Shown here: one piece after another, positions 14,301 through 26,666 of the stretch
How the letters are laid out: each line of letters begins with the position of its first letter
How positions within the stretch are numbered: the first letter of the stretch is position 1
Assembly: GCA_964016885.1 (NCBI GenBank)
Contig: OZ024742.1
Location: forward strand, 284,022,001 to 284,086,000
Direction: 5' to 3'
Source: Eledone cirrhosa
Taxonomy: Eukaryota
DNA: 64,000 nucleotides
The notes under the pieces: model-generated
Databases searched by the model: none
Seen by the model: the letters and a program-made list of their open reading frames with translations, nothing else
Told to the model about the DNA's origin: nothing
Program-made: the position numbers and the translations under genes

Positions 14301-15383
14301 ATCTAAAAACCTCACGTCAAAATTTTATGGAAGCACCTTTCTTAAACTATGTTCCAAATACCAACTTAATAATGAAAATGCTAGTTATTTTACCAAGCCT
14401 ATTCAAATTCTTCAATGGGTAGTGTATTTTATTAGAAATATGGTAAGAAAAGAGTTAAATATATAATTGCTTTAGATAAATGTTAGTCAGCTATAATATG
14501 GTCTATGCTGTATTGTTTGTTAGCTGGTCTCTACCATAGTCTGCTCTTTTCTGTAGTTTAGACTGTACCATAAGCTGGTCTTTGTGTTGCTACTGTGACC
14601 TGGCTGGTGTCTATTTTATTATGGTCTGTACATGATACAACAGTAGAGAATGTACAACAGTACAGGCTGTTGTGCAGTACAGACAAGCTAGACTAGGGGT
14701 GAGGACCCAGATGAGCCTAAAGTTCTTGTGCTCTTATTCTATTGTGTTATTTGTATAAATATCATCTGCATGTACAGGATATATCTATGACATATACATA
14801 AATTATATGTATATTTATGAAATACTTAAAGAGAAAATTGAAATAGAAACTACATTTTACATCTGGCTTGGGTCTATTACCAGCTTTGGTGCCTTCATTT
14901 TACATCTAATCTGACTCCATTACCATCTTTGTATGGGCCTGAGTACAGAGAACAATATAGTAGAAACAATTGTAGAAATAATAGTATAGTATAGTCAATA
15001 CTAAGATATGAATAATACCACAGTACAGATCATGCATATAACTCCCTTCTTTCCTTTTAGTATTTTCAGCTGGCCATCTTGAGTACATTGACTACGATAC
15101 ACGGAACAAAACATACACCTCCCTTGTACCTCTCCTCTATCAGGTAATACTGTTGTGTGTCATCATCATCATCATCATCATTGTTTAACATCAATTTTCC
15201 ATATTTGCATGGGTTAGACAGCTGGCTCATATGGATCTGAATTTTGGTTTGGTTTTTAAGGATGAATGTCCTTCCTATTACTAAACACATTACACTGTGG
15301 ACTAGGTGCTTTTATTTGTGTGTGTATCCTGGGTTCAATTGAGGGAAACCACAGTAAGGTACTCAATACATAGCAGAGTATAA

Positions 15384-15441
<58 letters not shown>

Positions 15442-16256
15442 TGGGTGTTCTGAAAGTACAGTAACCAGGGTAAGAACGGGATGGAAGAAGTTCAGGGAGC
15501 TAATACCACTGCTAGCTGCAAAAGGCAGACTGTATGATGCGTGCATACAAACAGCAATGTTACATGGTAGTGAGACCTGGGCACTGTGTGTAAAAGACCG
15601 GCATAGATTAGAAAGAAACGAAGCTTGTATGCTCCGATGGATGTGTAAAGTAATATACATGAACAGCAAAGCATAAACGAATTGAGAGAGACTGAGCATA
15701 AGAGGAATCAAATTCTGTGTGCAGGAGAGGAGGATGCGTTGGTATGGACATGTGATGCGTATGAAGGATGACAGCTGCATAAAAAGGTGCAGAGCACTAA
15801 AAGTTGATGGGAGCCATGGAGTGGGGGAGACCCAAGAAGACCTGGGATGAGGTGATAAAAGCGGACCTTGCCCAGTTGCACCTCTCAACAGCAATGACAC
15901 AGGACCGTGACCTCTGGCGTCACGCAGTAATGCAGAAGACCCGACTTCCCACAGGAACAAGCCGAAGCTGAAGCATATCCCCTCCCACTGCAAAGTGATC
16001 GTGGAGGTGTCACAACAAAAAAGCACCCAGCCCACACTGTAAAGTGGTCGTGTAGGTGCCACGGAAAAAAAGCGCCCAGTACTCACTGTAAATGAGGTTG
16101 GTGTTAGGAAGGGCATCCAGCTGTAGAAATCAAGCCAGAATCAGTTCCCGTATGAGCAAGACAAGGTCACCCGACCTAACATTGCCCACAACAGGACAAA
16201 CCGTCTAACCCATGGTAGAACGGAAGAACGGACATAAAACGGTGATGATGATGATG

Positions 16257-16310
<54 letters not shown>

Positions 16311-19300
16311 ATAATAATAAATGTGAAGACTAAAATCCAAAGAGGGCTCGATAAGGATAAATATATATATCAAATATATAAGAACCCTAGAGGAAATATT
16401 TATTAAAATAACAGATTAAAGTTTAAGCAAAGAATCGCTGCTTTCAGAAGATCCTGTTATTTTAATAGAGAGAGAGAGAGAGAGAGATAGAGGGATGTTT
16501 GTGTGTGTCTATGAGCATGTTTGAGTGCATAAAAGTAAACTTGTGAATACATCTAGGAGTTTGTGTTTGCAAACCAGAGAATAAGTACTCGATACTTGTA
16601 GTAGTGTTTATACATTAGTTTAACAATTGAACAAATAAACGCATACAAGCAAGATAGTGAATCATCTTACGTGATGTGATGGAATAACTCTGCTGAGTTT
16701 GGTTTCCATTGGCAGTAGTGGTAGTTTTTTGTTGGTTCTCCTTAGAATTTAATTGTTTTACTTGATTTGAACTGGGACAAAGTAAAAGCTTTTCAGTGAA
16801 GGCAGAAAGAAACCAGTTTGGATTTCTTGTTGAAGAATACCATAGGCTACATTATAATGTATAATTTCTCAGACAGAATCTTCAATTACAATTTCTAATG
16901 GAGAATGTAGAGACAGTTGACTCCAGGTTATATTATATCAGTTATGTCTTATTTCTTTGAAAATCCATATGAAACAGGATAGAGATGTTGAATTTTCCTT
17001 TACTAGGGTGAATATGTCTATAATGTATTTTGAATTAATTTATAATAAACCCAGGTAGAGTTAATGTAGCTCTGTATACTAGGATCTTGGAAAGGCACCC
17101 TCCCACAGTTGAGGTCAGCAATTGCAAGTGGGTCGTTGGGGGTGTAGGCAGTGCATATATGTGTTTTCAGTTGTGGAATGCAATAGTGGTGAGGATGTTT
17201 TCCAGACAAGAATAGCTAGCCTTAACAGTGTGTGCATTGAAAAATATTGTAGTCGGGTAGTACTACTTAATAAGAGATTAAAACAAAATCCTAGTGATAT
17301 TGGTGGTAACTTTTTAGTTATTAGTTAGATTAAACCATGTTACTTATCTGTCATGGATATAATCAGAGAAATTCTCTATTGCAGCTCCTTACTTTGTTGA
17401 TGAATTATAAAAGGACTGTCACAGATTTCGGCCAATGTAAAGGTAGCAGCAAGTAAGTAGACTTCACATGAAACAACGAGGGAGTCTCTCTATACAGTCT
17501 TCCTTGTCTGCTAAAATAGTAGCCAAATCTCCCTCATATCACATTTTACCATCTTAAAAGAATGAAAGATACATTAAATAATGCATGCCTCAATACACTA
17601 TCCAAAAAAATTGGAGACAAAGATCCTGGTTGAAACATTGGTCTGCTCAGCCAGGACCGACTTGGGACTAAACAACATCTACAACACTTTCATATGAAAC
17701 ATGCTGTGAAATATATAATGTATAAATGTATATGTAGTAGTACAAGTTGAATATATATATACCTATTTTTGTGTATCAGAGCAGCTTATTACACTGGTTT
17801 ATCTAACAAATCACATGGGTATCATCATCATCCTCATCATTTCATTTTACGTCCGCTTTTCCCTGCTTGCAAGGGTGGGACGGGAACTGATTCTGGCTTG
17901 ATTTCTACAGCTGGATGCCCTTCCTAACACCAACCTCATTTACAGTGAGTGCTGGGTGCTTTTTTGCCGTGGCACCTCCACGTCCACTTTGCAGTGGAAT
18001 GATAGGGACCCCAGTCCCTATCATCTCATTTCTACAGCTGAGGAAACTGGAGCAATGTGAAATAAAGTGTCTTGCTCAAGGAAACAACACACCACCCGGT
18101 ATGCGTATATATACCCATGTCTGTGAACCAAAGTAGTATATTACACTAGCTTATATAAATGGCATGTGTATAAATATATACCCATGTTTGTATATCAGCA
18201 ATATATTATACTTGTTTATAAAATAAATGACATATATATGAATATACATCCATCTTTGTATAAGCCAGTGTTTGCATAATAAATGACATGTGTCATCATC
18301 CAGTTTTTGATTATGCAGGACACAATTAATCCCTAAATAGAGGTGGGTCCTGCCTGACAGCGCTCCTTAACACCCCGCCCCATGTTTTTCTGTCTGCTAG
18401 TCTCACTTGGGCCAGGCCAAATGAGACCAGCAGAGCCAAGCCAAGCTTCATCCCGACAGACAAGTCCTACACTCATGCTTGTATACCAAAGTGATATAAT
18501 TCAAGGAATAAATGTCCAGTGCTCTAACAACTCAACCAAATTGATTGCCTTTAACTTTGAAAAGCATCAATATTTTTGTGGAATGAGATGGCAAGATTAT
18601 ATATAAATAGGAGCTTCCCTTAGAAGTCAATTTGGGTTTTTTTTTTTTTTCAGTGGTTGGGTAGTGGCCTGGTTGCCAGATTTGGGGAATCTAACCTTTG
18701 CAGGGTTATAAAAAGCTTTGTAACAAACAGTGGCTGGTCACTTCTACTCAACATTTTGCCTATTCCAGGACCCAGTTTGGATTTGGTTTAATATCTGATT
18801 GTATTGCAAGTAACTTCTCAGGACCCTGTTTGGTAAGTTTTATTACTTAATCCTTTCATTCATTACCTTGTAATATATATATAGAGAGATTTCAGTGACA
18901 CAGTAAAAAGCACCCAATCTACACTGTAAAGTGGTCATGGAGGTATCACGATAAAAAGTACAGTAAATGAGGTTGGTGTTAGGAAGAGCATCCAGCTGTG
19001 GAAACCAAGCCAAAATTAGGTCTGTGTGAGCAAGAAATGGTCACCTGGCCTAACATTGCCTACAACAAAACAATTCGCCCAACCCATGGCAGCGTAGAAA
19101 AATGGACATAGAACGATGATGATGATTTCAGATGTATTGTGGATGTTTAACAGTTTTTATACCAACATACTGGGCTCCAGATTCAGGCTGTTGAGTCTAG
19201 CATTACTAATTCTCTTGGCAACCACTGTACCGGGTTGTCTCTCTCAGTGATATTAATTTCTTGCCTTTCCTGTAACAGAGGCCTAGGCAAGAGAAACCCA

Positions 19301-19798
19301 TCAATAAATACACAACTGTCTGATAATCCTGTAAACACACAGACGAAATTCCACAGTAATAGGACACTGTATAGCTTTCTTTCTTTTTGTTATGTATAGA
19401 ATTGATTTCTACAGGACTTGAAATATTTCATTCATTTGATCATGAGTCATTTCTATATGAAATAGATACCTTATTTAACTGTAGTTCTTTTGTTCCTCTT
19501 CAGAAAACCATTCTAAAATTATAAATATGCCTGGTGTGTATCTGTGTATCACTGAGGAAGAATATACACCTTGTCACAGTACAGTTTCTTATAAATTACA
19601 ATGTCATTTGATGTTTCAATTTGGATGTTACTGGAAAAACGTGTCATAAAATATTTTACTTTAAATTTTCTGTCTTTTGTAATTTCAAGAACTCTCAGAA
19701 ACCAGTTCCATGTGCTGACTTCACGTGCAGATCAACCTACATAGAATGTCTAAGGGCATTAGAGAACTCTACTGAGAAGAGAAATACTCACAAACTGA
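3290..19798 (+). CDS. Gene A (spliced, ~15 coding exons; 5' start and last exon unresolved): uncharacterised protein with a protein-kinase-like core and Cys-rich C-terminus
   Basis: Exons 3290-3412, 5885-~5958 (weak), 6801-6957, 7107-7341, 9225-9428, 9929-10044, 11900-11980, 12481-12549, 13351-13473, 13770-13911, 14064-14177, 15061-15143, 17385-17452, 18769-18832 and 19690-19798 all have AG/GT boundaries with compatible phases. They join into one open frame of ~585 aa containing LPLYEDMAPWNIVFSAGHLEYIDYDT and PVPCADFTCRSTYIECL. Confidence 0.8.
4519..4752 (+). mobile_element. CRE-clade-like non-LTR element, restriction-like endonuclease C-terminal fragment (copy 2)
   Basis: AARQVKEGKLSKYRSLSDRFVVELVTVETSSVLGP...WLCQYLSLNIFTG matches the KxxKY...AVETxG...QRxSLAI pattern of the RLE domain. 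Confidence 0.7.
4843..5170 (+). mobile_element. tRNA-derived SINE (second family)
   Basis: tRNA-like head with an A-box (TGGTTTTGTGG) and a B-box (GAGTTCGATTCC), followed by a body. A reverse-oriented relative lies at ~5240-5480 and another at ~58640-58790. Confidence 0.7.
5885..5958 (+). CDS. Gene A candidate exon (VIIPCDPLQHFRYFHNTAM...)
   Basis: tgcag acceptor; supplies the needed phase 0 to phase 2 link. The donor is weak and ambiguous (5940, 5943 or 5958). Confidence 0.35.
5991..6115 (+). repeat. Unclassified dispersed repeat
   Basis: GGATAAAGAT(A/C)CCATA...CTCCTTGTGG...AAACCTGG recurs at 7738-7862 (+), ~11255-11292 (-) and ~63095-63180 (+). Confidence 0.7.
6801..6957 (+). CDS. Gene A exon (KRLLKNYLVL...GEVSDIK)
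   Basis: ttcacag acceptor, AAG|gtaacg donor, open frame. Confidence 0.65.
7107..7341 (+). CDS. Gene A exon (VTGWFHEE...DRQSSCVL)
   Basis: Lies within ORF 7068-7409. aag acceptor and G|gtggat donor; phase links to the 9225 exon. Confidence 0.6.
9225..9428 (+). CDS. Gene A exon (GAVITELAT...SPEFLRFQYI)
   Basis: Strong polypyrimidine tract plus acag acceptor, G|gtaagt donor, ORF 9230-9526. Confidence 0.85.
9929..10044 (+). CDS. Gene A exon (GYESFLKL...ILQPSAK)
   Basis: ttgcag acceptor, AAG|gtaaca donor, phase 1 to 0. Confidence 0.8.
10269..10418. mobile_element. Tc1/mariner (Tigger-like) MITE
   Basis: TA|CAGTGAAATTCCGTTATA...TATAATGGAATTTTTGCTG|TA: imperfect TIRs with TA flanks. Confidence 0.65.
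10776..10810 (-). mobile_element. Helitron 3' terminus
   Basis: Minus strand reads CCCGGGTATTACCGGG (hairpin), TACTGCAG, then CTAG|T, the canonical Helitron 3' end. Confidence 0.6.
11340..11558 (+). mobile_element. Possible short non-autonomous Helitron
   Basis: Starts TATATATATAAAAGCAAGTC...(TG)n and ends ...GCAACATCTGCTAG|T. The terminal hairpin is degenerate. Confidence 0.4.
11900..11980 (+). CDS. Gene A exon (ILSLAMVTFYP...QELNQ)
   Basis: tttag acceptor, CAG|gtattt donor, 81 bp. Confidence 0.75.
12034..12260. mobile_element. piggyBac-type MITE (copy 1)
   Basis: TTAA|TCCTTTAGCATTTA...TAAATGCTAAAGGG|TTAA. Confidence 0.75.
12481..12549 (+). CDS. Gene A exon (ISFRSDSHP...KILFK)
   Basis: cctatag acceptor, gtaagt donor, 69 bp. 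Confidence 0.7.
12920..13250 (+). mobile_element. RTE LINE RT-thumb fragment
   Basis: GMKISAAKTETLV...LKQVEKFKYL...SVKSKVDIFNSIFVPS. Confidence 0.75.
13351..13473 (+). CDS. Gene A exon (NSRTDEY...LVRIDVKSLIRQ)
   Basis: tttcag acceptor, CAG|gtatga donor, 123 bp. Confidence 0.8.
13770..13911 (+). CDS. Gene A exon (VDHHFESFRDGHSRKY...IPYGDVH)
   Basis: aag acceptor, gtaagt donor, ORF 13770-13988. Confidence 0.8.
14064..14177 (+). CDS. Gene A exon carrying the catalytic-loop-like motif (TVTLITLLR...LPLYEDMAPWNI)
   Basis: ttttgcag acceptor, G|gtacaa donor, phase 1 to 1. Confidence 0.85.
15061..15143 (+). CDS. Gene A exon carrying the metal-binding-like motif (VFSAGHLEYIDYDT...LLYQ)
   Basis: ccttttag acceptor, CAG|gtaata donor, phase 1 to 0. 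Confidence 0.85.
15440..16256 (+). mobile_element. 5'-truncated RTE LINE (3' end) in a (TA)n tract
   Basis: Degenerate [21 protein letters not shown]...MLHGSETW...RWYGHV; (GAT)n tail; similar to 43500-44500. Confidence 0.85.
17385..17452 (+). CDS. Gene A exon (LLTLLMNYKRTVTDFGQCKGSS)
   Basis: ttgcag acceptor, gtaagt donor, phase 0 to 2. Confidence 0.8.
18769..18832 (+). CDS. Gene A exon (KTQFGFGLISDCIASNFSGPCL)
   Basis: ttccag acceptor, gtaagt donor, phase 2 to 0. Confidence 0.8.
19690..19798 (+). CDS. Gene A exon (NSQKPVPCADFTCRSTYIECLRAL...)
   Basis: Acceptor at 19689 (aag) or 19698 (cag). Ends at a gtaagc donor at 19799 or reads through to TAA at 19822-19824. Confidence 0.75.
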
Positions 19799-19830
19799 GT
19801 AAGCTCTTCATTTTCATCTTTTAATTTATT

Positions 19831-20059
19831 TTAACCCTTTAGCATTTAAACCAGCCTATAAAGCCAGAATTCTCTCACCTCTTTCTGTTCAAACCAGCTG
19901 TAACTAACTGCTCATGCTGACGTTAGGATATTGTTCTCAAAATAAAAAAACATCAAAATCTCGTAGATTCAATATTATGTGAAATAATTATGTAAGCTAA
20001 AGCCTTTACCACAAAAATACAATAGGATATATAGAGTAATGTAAATGCTAAAGGGGTAA
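19831..20059. mobile_element. piggyBac-type MITE (copy 2)
   Basis: TTAA|CCCTTTAGCATTTA...TAAATGCTAAAGGG; body is the reverse complement of copy 1. Confidence 0.75.
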
Positions 20060-22670
20060 GATATTATATTTCATCATCATTTCATGCTTGTCCTTCCATC
20101 TAGCAAAGGTTGTATGGGTTGTCACAGAACAATTCAGTACTCAAGCAAAGCCACTGAGAGCCTGCATCTCACTTACATACGTTCCCACGCTTTCTCAAGT
20201 GCATTTTTTCCATATTTGCATTGCAGTATGTAGGAGATGGGGCATGAAGATCTGTTATTTCTATATATATGTTTACAGCTGGCTAACCAGCTTAGCTACT
20301 GGACAGTCCAAATTCTACAGCCTCACTTATATTCATATGCATACATATGAACGACTCGAGTTGCCTTGTTAACCTGGGCTGTCAACCAGATAATTCAGTG
20401 CCCTAAACACATTTGTCAACACCTGCCATTGCGCAATGGATTGGTTCAATTTCTGGAAAGGCTCCCAATGCAGCAACACCCCAGGCCAAAATCGTTGCAA
20501 ACCTTTTTTTTATAGTAGTCTCCCTTTAACAAATTCTTTCAACAAAAATTTAAATTTTTGTAAAATAGATTTTATTTCAATATATTCAAAATAAAATTTA
20601 TAGTATTGTATGTTTAAACGAAATAGAATTATCTAAAAAATATACAATCACAGTTGATGTAGAAAAAAATATTTTGAATACTAAGAAAGGTGAACATCGA
20701 TTTTTTAATACAAACAAAAGGCAATTTTATTGTTAAAATCTGTCAGCTTTTTGTAGTGGATGTACTCGATTGAATCAAACCCAGAATATTACTGGTACTT
20801 ATTCTATTGGCCCCCTACTGTAATAAAAGATAATGTAAACCCTATTGGGATTTAACCTCGAAAATCTGTAAATAGGGGTGATACTAAAAAGTTAGTTCAT
20901 CATACTACCATATGTTCCAAATATTGATTTTTAATTTAGGCACAAGGCCAGCAATTTGGGTGAGAGGAGGAAAGTCGATTAAATTGACTGGTATTTTATT
21001 ATATTGCCCTCAGAAGGAGGAAAGGCAAAGCTGACCTCAGTGGGATTTGAACTCAGAATATAAAGTTATCAACCCCAGTACTTAACTGGGACTTTATTGT
21101 CGATGCTTACTGGTCTGAATAATATTATTATTATTGGGGCAATAGATTGGCGAATATAAATGTTAGATAAACTGCTGTGAGGCATTTAGTTATGCCCCTT
21201 CAAATTCTAATTTCAAATCCATCCCAGGGCCAATAAAATAAAGTACCACTCAGGTACTAGAGTCAATTTAATTGACTTTCCTCTCCCCTAAATTGCTGGC
21301 CTTATGCCTATATTAGAAATCATTATAATTATTGGGGCAGTGAATAATTCTTTGTTAGTGTCAGATAAAATGATTTGTAGCATTTAGTTATTGCCTTTTA
21401 GATTGAGTTCAAATCTGGCAGAAACCAAGTTTCTAATTGGTACTATATTTTATCAATTCCCAAAGAAAGAAAACAAGGATGACTTCAGCAGGATTTGAAC
21501 TCAGAGCATAAACAGACATGAATAAATATGAAAGGGATTTTGTCTGATGCTGCCATCCAATAATACTGTATGACTCTTTTTTATCTAGTATGAATCATTA
21601 CTATGCTCCACCCCATATCCCATTTTGTTTTTTCTGTTGTATTGCGCCAGCAAAATAGATGAAGGCAAACTAGACCACAAATGTATAAAAAAAAATATAA
21701 AATAAACATTGAGTCTGAAGGAAAAAAATTATTTTACAAAATAGCAACCTTGATCTTAGTCACTGTCCTTCCTTTGAATGAATCCAGCAGTTGTTGGGAC
21801 AAGTGAAGGTACTAATGCTACAGCCATTTCTGCATGTGTATTTGTTTTATTTCTATTTTATTTTCCCTAGTTAATTGGATGAAATAGTTATTTTATTATA
21901 TGATGGTATTGTATTGTTGTTGCTTAAACCATTTGATACCAAACTGCTTGAAACTGACCCTGTTTGGTTTAAAGTGTCTATATTTATCTAAAAATCTCAT
22001 AATTTCATGAAAGAACCTTTTAAGTTCCACTCCAAACACCAGCTTAATAATGAGTTAGTTATATTACTAAATCTCTCCTAATTCTTGACTATTTTTAGAA
22101 TTATATGGCATAGTTAGTGTATTTCATTAGAAATATAATAATGAAAGGGTTAATGTCCAGGTCAGCCCTAACCACGCAAACCTATGATCAAAGTCTCATT
22201 TTCAGGAATAGTATATCTAGGCTCACTGTAAATGAGGTTGGTGTTAGGAGGGGCATCCAGCTGTAGAAATCAAGCCAGAATCAGTTCCTGTATGAGCAAG
22301 GCATGGTCAGCCGACTGGACACTGCCCACTACAGGACAACCTGCCTAACCCATGCTAGCGTGGAAGAACGGTGATGATGAGGACTACATTGTTCAATGTA
22401 CTCTTCATGTTTTTAATGTGATAAATGTATGATTAGAGGGAGAGTTTGTAGTAGTGTGTCAGAGTGCTTGGGAGTAATTTAACATTAAACTGCTCTTCAC
22501 ATATCCAAGTGGTATTTAAGTATTGTTGTTTTTGTTGTTGTGTAGGAGACCTATGGATGTGGTCTGTGTATAACTTGTGGTAATGTTTTGTATAAAGATA
22601 TACAACATTCAAGAACACACATAGCAGAGATAGTAAAGAATGTAACACAACAAGATATAAGCATTATTAG

Positions 22671-23004
22671 ATCCTTGGGCCACCAATCTCTTCACAAACA
22701 ACAAGGAATATAAAACGTATTTCCAATCACATTAAAACAGCATAATTCACAATAAAGATGTATATGAATCCATATTCAAAGCATACTTTTAGTCTCATTG
22801 TGAGTATTTTAAGCATCAATGTAACAACAATCCACTGCTCTTATCCCAATGCTAAAGTAGCTTAAAATATTCATAGTTAGACTAAAAGTATGTGAACATA
22901 TTGTACATGGATTCATATATGTCTTTATTCTGAATTACAGTGTTAGTGTGATTGCTAATGTTTTATATTCCTTGTAGTTTGTGGACAAATTGTGGCCCAA
23001 GGAT
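22671..23004. repeat. Diverged inverted repeat (old MITE or foldback)
   Basis: 22671-22795 (ATCCTTGGGCCAC...CATACTTTTAGTCT) pairs with 22879-23004 (AGACTAAAAGTATG...GTGGCCCAAGGAT), with many mismatches. Confidence 0.65.
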
Positions 23005-23876
23005 AAAACCATGTTTATACCTTGTCTGTTGTGGAATGTTGTGAATGTGTGATATGTAATTCCTAATTTGTTTATTATGTGTGTGTGGTATGTTTGTTGT
23101 TGAGTGTGCTGGTTAGTTGTATTATATGTTGTCTTGTGTTGTTGGTAAGAAGTAGGTGTCTTGGAGACAGATTTCTATGTGGTTGATGAAGTTTAGGATA
23201 GTTGTGCACCTGAGAAGGATGTGAGTGTGATATCATCTGCATTGCGACACGCAATAATTCAAAAGACTCGACTTCCTACGGACATAGGCCAAAGTTAAGC
23301 ATATATACAGTATGCCCCAACCCACCCACCCCCATGAGGATAGGCCAAAGTAAATCATCCAGTGTAGCCCCCAGTCCACACTATAAAGTGGTCATTTAGG
23401 TGTCACAACAAAAAGCACCCAGCCCAAACTGTAAAGTAGTCATGTAGGTGTCATGTCAAAAAGCACCCAGTCCACACTGTAAAGTGATCGTGTAGGTGTC
23501 ATGTCAAAACGCACCCAGTCCACACTGTAAAGTGGTCAGGTAGGCATCACGACAAAAGGCACTCAGTACTCATTGTAAATGAGGTTGGCGTTAGGAAGGG
23601 CATCCAGCCATAGAAATCAAGCAAGAATTAGTTCTGTATGAGCAAAATATGGTCACTTGACCTAGCACTGCCCACAATAAAACAACTTGTCTAACCCATG
23701 CTAGCGTGGAATGGATGTAAAACAGTGAAGTTTTGTGAGGTGCAGGAAGAACGGGATTGAAAAAAGTAGGTAGAAGAATAAACCCTGTGACATTGTTTTC
23801 AATTAGCAATGAATTCTAGAGATATAGAATTTGAGTCATTCATTCAGTGCCAGTTTTACACATTAATTTTGTTTGT

Positions 23877-24047
23877 TTAACCCATTAGCATTTAAATTGG
23901 CCATAACCAGCCACTCATACTGACGTAAAGGTACTGTTCTCAAAATAAATAACATCAAAATCTCATAGATTCGATATGTAAGATAAAGCCTTTACCACAA
24001 AAATACAATAGTATATATATAGAGTAATGTAAATGCTAAAGGGTTAA
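23877..24047. mobile_element. piggyBac-type MITE (copy 3)
   Basis: TTAA|CCCATTAGCATTTA...TAAATGCTAAAGGG|TTAA. Confidence 0.75.
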
Positions 24048-26666
24048 TTATTTAATTGAAATACTGTTCATTTAAATATACTGTTATTTAAAATTTCTTT
24101 CTATTTCTAGCATTTTAAATCTGATATAAAATGATTACAAGAATGAGAAGACAATTTTCCTTAAGAAATCAATAAAAATAAAACATTGGATATCAAATCA
24201 AAAATGATTGAAGAGTTGTACAGCTAAAGTAAAACAGAGAAATCATTTGATAAAAGAGAGCAATGGAAATATTGTTACATTGTTACATGTTTTCACAATA
24301 ATTAATCTACAGCTTTGATCTACATGTTTCTCTATTGTAATAAAGGATTTAGTGAGTCTATCATCATCATCATCATCACCGTTTTACGTCCGTTCTTCCA
24401 CGCTAGCATGGGTTAGACGGGTTGTCCTGTTGTGGGCAGTGTCTGGTCGGCTGACCATGCCTTGCTCATACAGGAACTGATCTGGCTTGATTTCTACAGC
24501 TGGATGCCCTTCCTAACACCAACCTCATTTACAGTGAGTGCTGGGTGCTTTTTCGTGGCGCCTACACGTCCACTTTACAGTGGGCTGGGTGCTTTTTTGC
24601 CGTGGCACCTCCACGACCACCTTGCGGTGGGGGGAGTGGGGGCATATTGTTTATATGCTTCAGCATATATATCAAGTAACAGTGTTCCACAGACACGTGT
24701 ACTCCTAATGTAATTCTCAGGAAAATTCAGTGTGACACAATGTATGATAAGAGCGAAACTATTTCAAAGCAGTTTCTGTCAACCCAATTCCATTGACAAG
24801 GCTTGAGGGTCAACACTAGAAAATATATATAGTAAGACACTAGCTCAAGATCAGGAAGTTAGATTGAATCCAGAATCTTATGACAGAAATTATCAACTTA
24901 ATTAAATTGATCTACTCTTGTAATTCATTCATCTCACAAATATAGAACTCTTTTTACAGATCTACATATGGATAACTGTGTATACATGTGTCTATATTAA
25001 TATATATATATATAATTTATATACACCTGACAAAGGACTGCAAGTGTTGGTGTTATGCTATGCTGGTGAAGACCCAACCAATAGCATACAATGAGACCTG
25101 ACTTATCTCTGTGAACCCCCTTTCACCAGCACTCTCTAGCATTTTTCCACCATCACTATTATCTCGATCCCTACACCTCTCCTTCCCAGCACTGGCAGGG
25201 TGCCATCCCCACCCTGCGCTAGACACTCCACCACCACATCCTCTACTCCCCAATATGCTATCAAAAGACACTTTCCCCTTCCCCACTCACACCACACTTA
25301 TTTCCCTTCTATTGCTCCTACCCCCGCCCCCACAGAGCAGAAAGGGTTATTCTGTTGGGATAAGGACCAGAGAGGAAGGGCACTCCACTATAGAAACTAT
25401 GCTTTAAAAGGGTTGAGAGTACTGTTCAGTTGCGTCACAGCACGACTTCTCTAATGTTGGTGATCTGCACGATAACTGCACCCAGTATACACTGTAATGT
25501 GGTTGGTGATAGGAAGGGCATCCAGCCATAGAAAGCTTGCCAAAGAAAGAGTTAAGAAGACCATTCAGTTGTGTCGAACATGACAACCTTTCTTGTGCAT
25601 TCAGTAGAATGAGACGATACAGACACCCTAGTTCCTCTGCCTTTCTCTTACATTTACATTGCACATCCAACGAAGCATCACTGCTTCATTTCTCTCCAGT
25701 TTATGCATGTCTTCTGTAGTCACTGCCCATGCAGCATCACACTTCACACACAGGCATCAGACAGTCGTCCTTTTGTACATAGGGAGGAACTTTTAATTGT
25801 CAACAGTGGGAGTAGCTCTCTAAACTTCTTCCATCCTATCCTAACTATTATATATATATATAGGCACATACATATCATCGTCATTTAATGTCTGCTTTAC
25901 CTAAGTTTACATATCTTTAAATAATATTTATACTGTATTTTCTTTTAAGTATGGAGTACTGTGTTGAATAATAGTCTTACTAGTCTCAATTAGTAACATC
26001 TTATTCATCTATCGTAGGCCCCCTTCGGTCACAAAGGACCATGGTTTTGTACCCAGAAAATTCCTCTCCAAGACACAAGCCTGGGTAAGGTGTGTTTGTG
26101 GAAGACCAGCAGTCGCTAATGCATGCCAGTCTCCCCTCTCCACACGACATGTTGTCCAAGGGAAAAGCAATGGCTGATACAGCTTCGCACCAGAGACATT
26201 GCAGCTCATTTCTACAGCTGAATGAACTGGATCAATGTGAATGCACATGGTTTTGTAGTTAGAGCATTGAGCTCACAATTGTATGGTTGTGAGTTTGAAT
26301 CCCAGACCGGGTGGTGTGTAGTGTTCTTGAACAAAACACTTTACTCATATTGGAGAGATAGAGAGAAGAGATGAAATAAATGAGCAAAAATAAAATAATA
26401 TATAAATACAACAAAAACATCAATATATATGGTGATTACCTTCATTGTTGAAGGCTAAAATATACAAGTCTATAAAGAAAGTGTTATAAAACTAGGTATG
26501 CACACTTCTTATATAAATACAGTTTTAAACAGCCTAGATTGTATTTCAGTAAAAGTATTATTTAAATGTTGATAGAACCTAACAAGTAGGGTTGTTTTTT
26601 TCTGTTACACATAGAAAGACCACACTACTGTGTAGTGAGCAGTGCTGCTATTTCAAATTCTTCCAT

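Noticed and set aside
15256-16116. 286-aa minus-strand ORF as a host gene
   Set aside because: Antisense reading of an RTE 3' fragment plus (TA)n.
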